A stretch of DNA of 64,000 nt, taken from Paraphysomonas bandaiensis. Its lineage: Eukaryota > Protista > Chrysophyceae. Positions 52,217-64,000 of the stretch are shown here, piece after piece (position 1 is the first letter of the stretch; every line of letters starts with the position of its first letter). The stretch is from assembly GCA_965644295.1 (NCBI GenBank), contig CBFFRP010000249.1:1-64000 (forward strand), in the 5' to 3' direction. The notes under the pieces were generated by a model. It made no database searches and was not told the DNA's origin. It saw only the letters and a list, made by a program, of their open reading frames with translations. A program made the position numbers and the translations under genes.

Positions 52217-53339
52217 CTGCTTTGCCCCGTAGGGTTGGGAGGCACACTCAGTTTGTTGATTTTTTCCTGTAGTTTGTTCTACTCCTATTGATAATACTGT
52301 ATATATGCGATTACCTTCCATAGATGGATATCTTGTGCCTAATAGTCTAGAATATCAGTTAAGTGTACACAAGTGATCAGTGTGTGAAGAGCGAGATAGA
52401 TATTTCTGAATCAAAAATTTTCAAGGTGTTGTTATATGCTATAGTACTCTCTTTCGATCATCATGTAATGCGAAGTAGATGTTATTATTTTTCCGAATCC
52501 TATGGTGTGGTACGAATAATTGAGTTTTTTTCTTCCTCCTTTCTTGATTTTTTTAGGAATTATATATATATTATCGACCTAAAGCTATTATGTGTTGCTA
52601 GAAGTAGATGAAATGTGACGTTAGTATCAGGAAATAGTGTCTCTCAGAGAGCGCAATTGTATTATTGCAGCTGTTAGATATACGCTGATGCAATACTTCT
52701 ATTAACTATAGAAATAAGTAATATTATGGCGGAGGACAGAGGTATTATAGTAACAACCGATACGCTTCATTCCTATTGCATTTTCAGTTGTGATGGCTGG
52801 TGCCTTCCTGATAAATTAGTGGATCGAGAGTGTGTTTTGTCAATCATAGCAGTATCACGCTAATAAAAAGCTAATCCACGTGATTTCAAGAAAAGTTTCT
52901 GCTAAGTACGGGTGCTGGTAAGTAGGCCAATGAAACTAGTGTAAAAATCAGCATTGTCAAAATATCAAGATACTATCGTGTATTAATTAACAAGGACGTC
53001 ATAGGATATTGGAGTCAGATGCTAATCCATAATTTTAACCCAAACATATAATATTCATGGAATATGTCACCTATGTTCACTCGTCAATCTTACATAAATA
53101 TTTTAACTGTAGCCTTACATCAGTTACTGGATCGACATCGTCAGTGACGTTTTACATTTTTACATTTTTTCATGATGAGGTGATTGCACTTATCACACAA
53201 CAAACCCCAATACTCCCGATAATTACAATTCTAAATTAGTTACGACGAGTTCTCTTAACCTTGGGTACTTCCGCAATTATCTGTAGGCTTTAGTTTTACT
53301 CCAAGACTTCCTCAACAAAGTCGGACTCGAACCTTTACA

Positions 53340-53766
53340 TTCTCCGCGAAACTAACGTGAGCCGCAAACATAGTCAGCAGATATTGTTCTGCCCGCTCAT
53401 AGCCTAATGCTTGTGTAGTGCAAGGGACACTAAAGTAAGTGTCACATGTGTAGATGTCTTTGGGCCTTGACAAATAAACAGGCATCATCCAAGGTATTGG
53501 GCTGCCTGCTAAAATCAAGCATCCGGGCTAGTTCACCTTCAGGACTCAACAATCAATCCTGTAGTAAGGAGATGTCAGGTATAGCAACATTTTGCTTGTT
53601 CACTGCGATTGGTTTGAATGATAGAGCAAACGTGGTTGCACCTTGGTGCTTGAGGTGACGCACAAGCAGCTTTCGTAGCGCAGAATAGTAGGATATCAAA
53701 GTTAATCATTAGGCTAGTTAAATTGTTTTGCTACATTAGTTCTGACTCTTCCATGCCTATTGCCTA
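53340..53766. repeat. Dispersed repeat; inverted copy at ~57219-57560 and partial direct copy at ~57645-57820
   Basis: gaaactaacgtgagccgc, gtattgggctgcct, catccgggctagttcacctt, gtggttgcaccttggtgcttgaggtgacgcacaagc and ctagtt/aaattgttttgctacattagtt all have reverse complements in 57219-57560. Confidence 0.85.
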
Positions 53767-54208
53767 CAGCTAATAATCAGACATTCACTAGCATTCTTAA
53801 GTTGATAGTTTGTAGTTTCAAAGGGGGATATGGATTGCCGTTGGAATGAGAGACTCCTCGAAAAACCTCCACTTTTATGTTGTCCCCCAGACAGAATATG
53901 CCTGGTTTTAGTATCATAAAAGGGGTTTTCATTCTATATATCCTGCGTTTTACTACGAACATATCATACAGTACTGCGGTACGTACCTGTCCTCTCGTAC
54001 ATGTGTGTATGTATCCATGCATCTGATACGTACTGCTGTAGTGTGTACAGGTACAGCAGCAGTGTGTACATACATACATATATGTACATATGCAGAGCAT
54101 CATCTGCATGCACAGCACAGTCACTCCAGTGCCCTGCACAGTTACATGCATGCATGAGAAGCAACCAAACTGCCAATAGGCCAACACATTCAATAGAGTG
54201 CAGTGAAT

Positions 54209-57000
54209 ATGCGGTGTGTGTGTCTTCTATTAGTGTGTATACAGGCTGCTGTATCTTATGGCCGGCTAATCGATCCATCCACTAAGAAACACACACACAT
54301 ACGACGATATGACAATAAAACACTGCATCTTATGATGTCTGATGAATTTGAAGTGAGTGATAGAAGGTTCGAGAAGGGGAGAGACGCCTTCTTTGAGTCG
54401 TTGGATCAGCCTGACTTCACTAATCAGGCCATGCAGTACTGTGAGTGCATATGCGTGTATACCTCTGTGTATATGTATGTATAGCTATAGGCGTAGAGTT
54501 ATATATGTGTGTATAGTCGCTTACTTGTACACGTGCTCTAGATATATATACGGAGTATGAGTGTGTATATATATGCTATCATGTCCTCTTGATCGCATTC
54601 ATGTATAATTGCGGTATAGATAATTCCAGTGCGGAGTATGTAACCACCAAAGATGGAAAGCTGGTTATCAGAACTAAGGCCGAGAAAGCTACATGGCGGG
54701 AGTGGGATAGAGATAAGCGTCACATGGTTGAAAGAACTAGGAATTATACCTCTGGAATGGTGCAAACTTGGAACAAATTTTGCTTTACTGGGGGAGTGTT
54801 GGAGATGTCTATCCAGCTTCCCGGAGGACATGCAAATGCTGGCGGTAAGAAGCCTATAACTTCATGTCGGCAGCTCTGATCACAGATTACAGGATTATGG
54901 CCAGCAGCATGGATGATGGGAAATCTCGCCCGTGCTACGTTTCCGAAGTCTACAATGGTATACTCATTTTTCAGTGTCCTTACGCTTGTGATGTTAACAC
55001 TTTGGTTGTGCAGGGTATTTGGCCGTGGAGCTACGACAAGTGTGGAGAAATCTCCCATCTTGAGTCGAAGCAGCAGATTAACGCCTGCAACTCGTCGGGG
55101 GAGCACGGAATGCGACCCAGACAAGGAAGAGGCTCTCCAGAAATCGACATCTTTGAGGTCATGCTGGGCCACACGATGCCTAATGTGGAGAAGCCTTTTC
55201 CTGCTTTCATGAGCTCTAGCCTGCAGGTGAAGCAATTGTGTACCAGTCTTGCCCAATAGGCAGTTGCTAGTATTGAATCAGTTGTCGTCTTATTGAGTAC
55301 GTCACTCCGATGTATCGTGAATAGGTGTAACATATATGACAAATTTAACTGCTTTTCTTTATCTTAGGTATCTCCAGGGATACCAAAGGGAAAGCGACCG
55401 AAGAATGGGATAAAATTAAATGATTCAGTGGTCTGGTAAGTTTTGGTGTGCATATATCAATGTAGTGAGAGTCTAATTGAATCACAGGTACGACGGCATT
55501 CGAATGAGCGATGCCGGAGAGTTTAACTATGGCTTTTGGGGACAAGAGTGCGGACCAGAGATCGACGAAACAAAAGAAAAAATTCACAAATACATGGAAG
55601 ACGCGATTTCAGTAAACACAAGTGCGTATATTCTTGTTTGGTTCTCTGCTAAGTACAAAAAGATGCATCACTTTGCTTATTATGCGCCAGTCATAATAAT
55701 TGTGTATTGCAGATCTTCGAGATGAGCACTTTCAGTCGCAACACATATACCGGCTTGAATGGCAGCCTGGTGCACAAGGTTACTTAGAATGGTGAGCTGT
55801 GTTGTTGGGCAATACGTAACATTTGTGGTATCTAACGTATCTCTTACTGGCTCAGTTTCATGCATGGATATCTAGTTACAGCGTGAATATAACTCTAAAA
55901 TGCAGGTACTTAGACGATGAATTTATCATGGGAATTGATGCCGACACCCTCAAACTGACCGGTGCAATGATTCCTCAGGTATGTATTGCATAGCTGTAGA
56001 GAGCTGGAATACACGTACCTTTGATGAACTATATGTATGTATTTAATGCTTTGTGTGCCCGTAGGAGCCGATGTATTTAGTTCTCAACACAGCTGTGTCT
56101 CATAGCTGGGGGTTCCCAGAGCCATGTGACAGACACACGTGTGGGGTATGCTACCACTGCTACGACTGCACCAACCCAGGTACTTCGTATTAAAGTGAAG
56201 TTTACAAGACGTATACGATCGAAAGTCTATGTAATATGTAAATGCTACAAGTATAACCTCTTCAACATAGCTATATGTTCTGAATGTCGTATACACATTA
56301 TATATATACTGACGTTTATTAGCACTTACATAACTGTGTAAACAGAATGCCAGTGCACACTCCCGGATGGTATGAAAAACTGCAAGAACCTCCCAGCAGA
56401 GATGCAGATTGACTATATTCGACTTTATCAGGTATTTATTGATTCCTTCTCATTCCTTTGACTCTGTGTAGCTCATGTTATAGTATGATTATGCACTATA
56501 TATCTATACTTCCTTAACTGACTAGTTATTTATCTTATTCACTCTTCTCTGTCAGGACGTATCCGATTCGAGCCACACAATTGGATGTTCACCCGAGGCT
56601 TTTCCGACTGAGCAGTTTATTGAGGCCTATGCCGGTGATACACTACAGTACTCTGCAATTGAAATTATTCTGTGACTGATTGTGATGAACAGATCGCTAC
56701 GAGGATTGGATGCCCGAGCAACCATCTAAGGAAACTATTAGAGCTGATTTTGTTGTGATAATTGCACTGGTATGGTATTTATAGGCTGCAAATCAAGTTT
56801 CCGCGTAATATTTATTGGCACAGATAATTGTTCTAGTTTTGGCAATTATATGTTTTGGCACGAATGTTTGCTCGCTGTGGAGGAACTCACACATATTTGT
56901 TCGAAGAGGGACTGGTGATATCCCTTTGTCATCAGAAATGCCAAGACGAAGAGTAATGGGAACACCAACGGAGAGAACTTCGCTACTGAACGATCCATAG
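54209..57000 (+). CDS. KRE6: KRE6/SKN1-like GH16 beta-glucan synthesis-associated protein with signal peptide and C-terminal TM; >10 introns
   Basis: LMMSDEF, YTSGMVQTWNKFCFTGG, GLWPAAWMMGNLARATF, GRGSPEIDIFE and PAEMQIDYIRLYQ. Confidence 0.92.
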
Positions 57001-57218
57001 AAAATATATGCCAAGTGTTGGTATTTATATAGCTAGTAGCAATACATTAGAAGTAGTTTTTTTTTGAACAGTGGGTATATTGAAATAGGTTTCTTCGGGC
57101 ATAGAAGTGTGCCGTTACGGGTGCCAAAAGTTTTTGATTTTTGATTCTATTGTAATTTAAGTTTTTTCATTTTGGGAAATTTTGCAATGTTCAGTAGTGA
57201 ATGTCTGATTATTAGCAA

Positions 57219-57820
57219 TAGGCAATAGGCGTGTAAGAATCGGAACTAATGTAGCAAAACAATTTAACTAACTAGTGCTCGACTCTGATATCCTACTATT
57301 TGGCGCTACGAAAACAGCTTGTGCGTCACCTCAAGCACCAAGGTGCAACCACCTTCGCGCTATGTCCTTAAGGTGAACTAGCCCGGATGTTTGACTTCAG
57401 TAGGCAGCCCAATACCCCAGATGCCCGTGCGGTGAACTAGTCACGCATGCCTATTTATTCGTCAAGGATTAAAGAAGAAGTCAACACAAGCCTCTTGTAC
57501 CACACACAAATGGCACAATATCTGCTGACTGTATATTATGCGGCTCACGTTAGTTTCCCTAAGAAATATCTCCGGTACTTATCCCCCTCCCCCAGACCAC
57601 TACGAGAAGGTTGTTGGGGGAATCCTCTCCAGAGCAGGCAGCTAAAGTCAAGCATCCGGGCTGTATACCATAAGAACTGAAGTCAGTAAATGTCAGGTAC
57701 TATATCAAAATTCTGTTTGCTTATACTGAGTTTGCTTTGAGTGATCGAGCGAAAGTGGTTGCATTTTGGGGCTTGTGGTGACGCACAAACAGCTTTCGTA
57801 GCGCCAAATAATAGGGTATT
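57219..57820. repeat. Two further copies of the 53340-53766 repeat in opposite orientations, forming a local inverted pair
   Basis: 57288-57352 is approximately the reverse complement of 57756-57820. Confidence 0.8.
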
Positions 57821-58397
57821 ATATCTCTATTAATCAGACATTCACGACAATTATCAATTACTAGTAAGTTCTCCATTTGATTGGTTCTTTCTGTCAACCT
57901 TATTATGTCAATACTCAATACCTCTCATCATTCGTTGTCAATTGCTAAATTTACTTTCCCACTACTCACCACTACCAATCTACCAATCAATATTATTCAT
58001 TGTTTAGAGCTAGATTTATATAATCTCAACTACCAATGAATAATTTCAGATAATCTATAGTCATGATCTTATACACTATTGACTAAAGACCATTTTCAGA
58101 TGATTAAGATCGTTGTAAGAGAAGTTTAAGTTAGTCAAACTAGATAGATTACTTTATTATGATTGTATACACAATTGTGTGTGTTGTCATGTAGCACATG
58201 TCAACAACATGATAAATTATTTCGTTCATGTTAACCACTGCTCAACTTCCGTATCTTGAATCGTCATGATATAATACTTCAGTTTCACAGTTATAGCTAT
58301 ATAGCACCTTTTGACTATTGACTACGTATTACTGTTTTTCACATTGTATTTAACGTATTCTACAGTACTATCTTAGAGAACCATACGTATTCCAACA

Positions 58398-60192
58398 CTC
58401 CTCCTCAATGTAGAAACGAGTAATCGTCATTATACTGCAGCTATATATATCATCTAGTCATCTTAGGATAAAACGGATGTGAAAATCTTCATAAAGATAC
58501 TGTGAACATCACACTTCGCTGTAACACAGTTATGTGGGATTCTTACCCACTAAAAACACACCCTTAACCTTTCTTGAACCGCTTCTTCTGATTCTTCTCA
58601 ACTTCATTTGAAATGCTCCTCTTTTCCCCTGTGATAGTTTCTTCATGGAGTTTAAAGAGCTTTGTAGATAACGCTTTTGTAAATATGTCGGCCGCCATAT
58701 CCTTAGTCGATACATGAATCAATCTGGCTGTAGGAAACCTTCCATTTACGTGTTCCCGAACCCAGTGGTACTTTATCTGAATATGTTTTGATCTTTTGTG
58801 ATAGACTGGATTTTCTGACAGATCTTTTGCACTCTTGCTGTCCATGAAGAATGGGGTTGGCTTCGTCAATGCGAGTCCTAGCTCTCGTAACACCCCCGTA
58901 GCCACACCAGTTCTTGCATGGCCGCATATTCAGCCATATACTCGGACTCCATACTGGAAGTTGCAACTGTAGTCTGCAGTTTGGACTGCCATGCGATTGC
59001 TCCAGCACATAAGAATACAATATAACCGGTAGTTGAACGTCTCGTTAGTATATCACCTGCCCAGTCCGCATCACTAAATACATGTAAATCAAACTTACTC
59101 CCACTGAATTTGATTCCTTTGCTGGTGGTGCCTCTCAAATATTTCAATAAATGAATAGCTAAACGACACGATGCGTATGTAGGATTACTGCTGTATCTCG
59201 ATAGTAATCCGATTGCATAGGCGAGATCTGGTCTTGTGTGGAGTGCGAGATACAGGATTGCTCCAATAATACTACGATACGGAAATTTTGAGACCCAGTC
59301 CTCCTGTTCTGATGTAAGTTCCCGTTCTGCAGCTAGTAGTTCTTGTGCATTTGATGGCAACGGAGCTTCCTTATTCTTTCTACTGTTTCCCATGACATGG
59401 TTGAATTTCTGAATCACTTTCTCCGCATACTGTGATTGATCTAGTTTGAACCAGTCTTCGCCTCTCGTGATTCGAATATTTAGGAAACTTTGGCACTCTC
59501 CCATGTCCCTCATTTCAAACGTTTGGCAGAACTTGTTCTTGACAAAAACAAGGAATTCAAAATCCACAGATGCGATTATGATGTCATCTACATACAGGAG
59601 TAATAACGTAAGTTTGCCTTGGTGCCAACGATAATATAAGCAGGTATCTAACACGCATGATCTAAACTGCATTGACTTTATGAATTTATCGATGTGGCGA
59701 TTCCACTGACGCGGTGAGGCTCGTAAACCATATAGTGCTTTGATGAGTTTAAAACACCATCCATTGCTGAGCTCCTCATCTGGAGGTGGGTACATGTAGA
59801 CATCTTCATCTAAATTTGCATAACAAAATACATACATGAACGCATAGAAAGCTGATCTGTTGTCACGCATTTGGTCAATCTTCCTTTGGCGTGTCTTTCT
59901 CGCATCCTTAAGTTCTTCCAGGTTCAGACCGTGGGGGTCATTATCAAGATCATAGTCCTCGATCTTTATCTTGGGTGGTTCATAATACTCATCGGTCTCC
60001 CCGAGCCTCGCTAGGTCACCAAATAGCATCATGGCGGCCACTGTGAGCTTCAAATACCGCCAGGTTGGTGTTCGTCCCATACTTCAGAATCGGCACCGTT
60101 GGGGTCAATGCCTCTGCCCCTTGGCCCCTGGACCGCTGGTCCAACGCCTTGTTCCTAAACTTCTTGAGCTTCTCGTTACTCGACTTCTTCAT
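58398..60192 (-). mobile_element. Deleted Ty1/Copia retrotransposon: gag-like 5' piece joined to RT-RNase H, polypurine tract at 58398-58406, 3' LTR starting TGTTGG at 58397
   Basis: KALYGLRASPRQW, LLYVDD, YRSIIGAILYL, FSDADWAGD, SSMESEY, HKRSKHIQIKYH and ADIFTK. Frameshift in the G-run at ~58890. GAGGAGGAG lies directly before TGTTGG on the minus strand. Confidence 0.92.
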
Positions 60193-61129
60193 AATTTTCT
60201 ATCACGAAGAGAAATACGTACTTGGATCGGAAATACAACACTGATACTACAGATCAATCAAACACTCACGGATCCAGTTCGCCCGTTGTCCTCCGTTCAA
60301 ACTACACTACAGGTAGGCAAAAGACAAGTCTCTTTGCAAATACTACAGAAATCGTTAGTGATAGAAAATTATGGTGTCTCCCTACAACACAATAATACTA
60401 CAGCTGATCATGTTCTACTGTACACTCTCACTCGTATCCTACAGAGTCACACATGTACAATGACTGAAAACATAATCACTGTAACAAAAACGAATGTGCA
60501 CGTTGACTTTCATTTCCATCACTCGAAGACTTCTATACCGAATCATCATTTAGCTCTACGTCCTACACCGTATTGTCATCATACACCGTATAATGGTATA
60601 CCGTTACCCTACTGTAGCTGTACACTGTATATCCTGTATGCTACACACCAGCTGTATAGTGAAGTATACAGCTGTATACTACCAAGCCAAGCTCTCACTC
60701 CAATGATAGCTTACCTCCTATACGGGAATGACAACACTCTTGTCCAAACATGTTGTACACGTTCCAAGCCCCATTGCTTGGCCTTAAAATTCCCATCTTG
60801 TCCAACTGTCTCAGTTATAAATCATGTGCCTGCACCACTGCAACTGCCCCATATTGACAGCGTAACTAATTACTGCGTGCGGCCCTCTAGTGGGTGCTGC
60901 CGAGTGTTGCGACCGCGCACCTCTACCTATGTACACATTGCTTAGTTCAGCAGTTCCCTACTCTGGGTTCTCACCGCATAATCAGCGCTGAATACCGTGT
61001 GATAATGATGTAACTAGTTGGGTTCAGTAGGTAGCTAGCAAATAACGTATGGGACTTAAATCAAGTATTAGTTAGGTACCCACCCGGCCCCCACCTGGAT
61101 CTACCGAAGTACGCGCTCAGAATGGGGCA

Positions 61130-61970
61130 CCTATATGACACTGTGAGTCCTATACGGCACTGTGAGTCCTATACGGCACTGTGAGTCCTATACGGCACTG
61201 TGAGTCCTATATGGCACTGTGAGTCCTATACGGCACTGTGAGTCCTATACGGCACTGTGAGTCCTATATGGCACTGTGAGTCCTATACGGCACTGTGAGT
61301 CCTATACGGCACTGTGAGTCCTATATGGCACTGTGAGTCCTATACGGCACTGTGAGTCCTATACGGCACTGTGAGTCCTACATGACACTGTGAGTCCTAC
61401 ATGACACTGTGAGTCCTATACGGCACTGTGAGTCCTATATGGCACTGTGAGTCCTATATGGCACTGTGAGTCCTATACGGCACTGTGAGTCCTATATGGC
61501 ACTGTGTGTCCTATACGGCACTGTGAGTCCTATATGACACTGTGAGTCCTATACGGCACTGTGAGTCCTATATGGCACTGTGAGTCCTATACGGCACTGT
61601 GAGTCCTATATGGCACTGTGAGTCCTATACGGCACTGTGAGTCCTATACGGCACTGTGAGTCCTATATGGCACTGTGAGTCCTATACGGCACTGTGAGTC
61701 CTATATGGCACTGTGAGTCCTATACGGCACTGTGAGTCCTATATGGCACTGTGAGTCCTACATGACACTGTGAGTCCTATACGGCACTGTGAGTCCTATA
61801 TGGCACTGTGAGTCCTATACGGCACTGTGAGTCCTATACGGCACTGTGAGTCCTAAATGGCACTGTGAGTCCTATACGGCACTGTGAGTCCTATACGGCA
61901 CTGTGAGTCCTATATGGCACTGTGAGTCCTACATGGCACTGTGAGTCCTACATGGCACTGTGAGTCCTAT
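61130..61970. repeat. 19-bp minisatellite (GGCACTGTGAGTCCTATAC), ~44 copies
   Basis: The 19-bp period is read directly; variants are almost all confined to TATACGG/TATATGG/TACATGA/TATATGA/TACATGG. Confidence 0.98.
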
Positions 61971-62903
61971 TGAAGCGGTTGAACGATAAGGACAGTTAGG
62001 AAAACTGGTTATAATGCAAATTGATTGAGAGATAGCTGCTGTTCGCATGTCAGATCATCTGTGATCAATAGACTCAATACAGCGGACTGTGATTGTAGGA
62101 GAAATCTTTCCGGAATATGAAGGCGTTATATGTTGTGATGTGGCTAGAATAGTAACCACACTAATTATTGATCCGGTGCTAATTTATATACGTATACGGG
62201 ATATATATCGGACTTATGGTAGATGAAGAATAGTAGAAATGAGGTTAGAATGAAGATATAGCTCCAGGGAACAATAATAATGCTAAAGCGTGGTATGTGA
62301 GTTAATAATTTTTGGGTGAGCTGTTACTCTAAAAAGTTAGAAGATTACATTGCACTATAATATTAATTTAATATGGAAATTTATTCACGATAACCTACAG
62401 AACCTGCTCAATGCTGTGGAGAGCGAAAACAATGATGAAATGTAGGTATAGCAGGTATAGTAGTAACGACTCGTAGCCTGATAATTGACCTAAGTAAAAA
62501 TTAAGGTGGAGCCACGGAGCCACCTTATATTACATCTAGCTATTATGAGAGATATTATCTCTTATCTAGTTAGTAATCGATACTACCATTGATAGCATTA
62601 TAATTTGGCACCATTAGCGGTTATCATGCTTTGTACACATACATTGCGTTTAAGCGCTGCATTTCGTACAACTGTAATAGTGGCACCTTCTTGGCGATAT
62701 ATAATATAGCTATCACCAACGTGTCAAAACAATCACAACAAATGAATATTAAGCAAATTTAGTGGAATGTGAGGTGTTATCTACTTTCAGAATCCCGCTT
62801 TTAATTGGATACTGTATATTCAATTCACCAAAAAACTTCGCAGCAGAGTAAATAAAGGTATATTAAACATATATTTCTCGTAACCCACTTCTATACGATT
62901 TCG

Positions 62904-64000
62904 CTATGCAATTCCAGGCTCTGTATGCAAGGGTTGTAAACACTTCTGCAATGCAATCTGCAGCATGTGCCCAATTTCACTTTTTCTGTCTGTGTCAGCT
63001 GCATTTTCAGCATTAATTTTTTGAACCGTACTTCCAGAAAGAACAGCCTTGCTGAGTTTCTGTTTTCTCTCACCCATATCGTAAATACATTCATCCACAG
63101 TATTCTCTGCAACCATCTTGTACACAGTAACCAACTTCGTCTGTCCGATGCGGTGGCAGCGGTCCTGGAGGAGAAAAGAAATTAAATGCTATATCAATAC
63201 AAACTCGTTACAAGTGGATACCTCGGCCTGCCTGTCATTCTCTGGGTTGAAGTCGAGGTCATGAATGACGACGGTATCAGCCGCGGTTAAGTTTATACCC
63301 AATCCTCCCGCCTTTGTAGACAAAAGAAACACTGGAATAGTAGCATCTCTCTCAAACTTGTCAATAAGTTTTTGCCGCTCTCCAACAGGAGTGGACCCAT
63401 CTAGACGCAAGAAGTGGAGCGATAAATCTTGCAAGAACGCTCCGATAATGTCAAGCATTCTTGTCCATTGACTAAACACAAGCACGCGATGGCCGCTACT
63501 CTATTATAGGTGCGCAAAATTTAGACAAAGAATTCATACGCAAACATATACTCACAATGAGAGCCGGTAACATATCGCGCAATTGCCGCAACTTCGGTGA
63601 ATCATATAATACATCACTGCTCAACTGTAGATGCCCTAGATGTGAGGGGTATTCCAAGCATAGGTGGTTAATATCGAAATCCGAGAATTGCTTAACTTCC
63701 TCTCTAACTCTAGCAATGTCGCACTGATCACCGAAGTGTCCGGTGGCGTATAACACAGTAGAGATTTCATCAATGACAGCATCATCCGAATACCTCACTC
63801 GTAAGAGCAGTGGATGATTGGCGGCCTTGCGCAACGTGGAGAAAATATTATTGGCCTCGGAGGTCGATATGCTGCGGACGATATGCTCCTTGTAGTCGTC
63901 GTTGTTGCTATCTCCTTTCTCACCACTGGATCGACGTAACATGTGCTTCTTTATAATATCCTCGTAGAGTTTTCTCTGTGTCTCTGTCATCGGTACTCGC
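62904..64000 (-). CDS. SMARCAD1: SMARCAD1/Fun30-like SNF2 remodeller, 3' part (runs off the window)
   Basis: LRKAANHPLLLR, SDFDINHLC, RVLVFSQWTRMLDI, LLSTKAGGLGINLTAAD and HDLDFNPENDRQAE|DRCHRIGQ. Confidence 0.85.

Noticed and set aside
60031-60945. 304-aa plus-strand ORF
   Set aside because: It is antisense to the retroelement gag-like region and leader, with no recognisable domain.
61130-61970. CRISPR-like array
   Set aside because: Units are contiguous 19-mers with no unique spacers, there are no cas genes, and the context is eukaryotic.

Overview
Intron-containing eukaryotic genomic DNA with compact genes and short (mostly ~50-150 bp) GT-AG introns. The gene content suggests a stramenopile/ochrophyte-like protist (inference). 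(1) 1-13.4 kb is an array of three ~1-kb-arm palindromes. Each arm carries a copy of a small two-exon gene with an RVxF-like motif, so there are six head-to-head copies. The central spacer is inverted in the third palindrome, and there it holds an intact 3,678-bp IS630/Tc1 (DD34E) transposon with 180-bp TIRs, a TA duplication and a convergent spliced passenger gene of unknown function. The empty insertion site is visible in the other two units. (2) 15-44 kb holds host genes: a CHD remodeller with two embedded AP2 domains, a UBA2-like RRM protein, MPP10, a TPR protein, a sulfotransferase, a phosducin-like protein, a kinase-C2H2-PP2C fusion, an HxxxD acyltransferase, a globin lacking the proximal His, and a TMTC-like GT-C protein. 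(3) 45-64 kb holds Copia remnants, a second sulfotransferase, an internally deleted hAT element with an 8-bp TSD, ADF/cofilin, a KRE6/SKN1 GH16 gene bracketed by inverted repeats, a deleted Copia element, a 19-bp minisatellite and the 3' end of a SMARCAD1-like gene. All calls come from reading the sequence and recognising motifs; no database searches were run.
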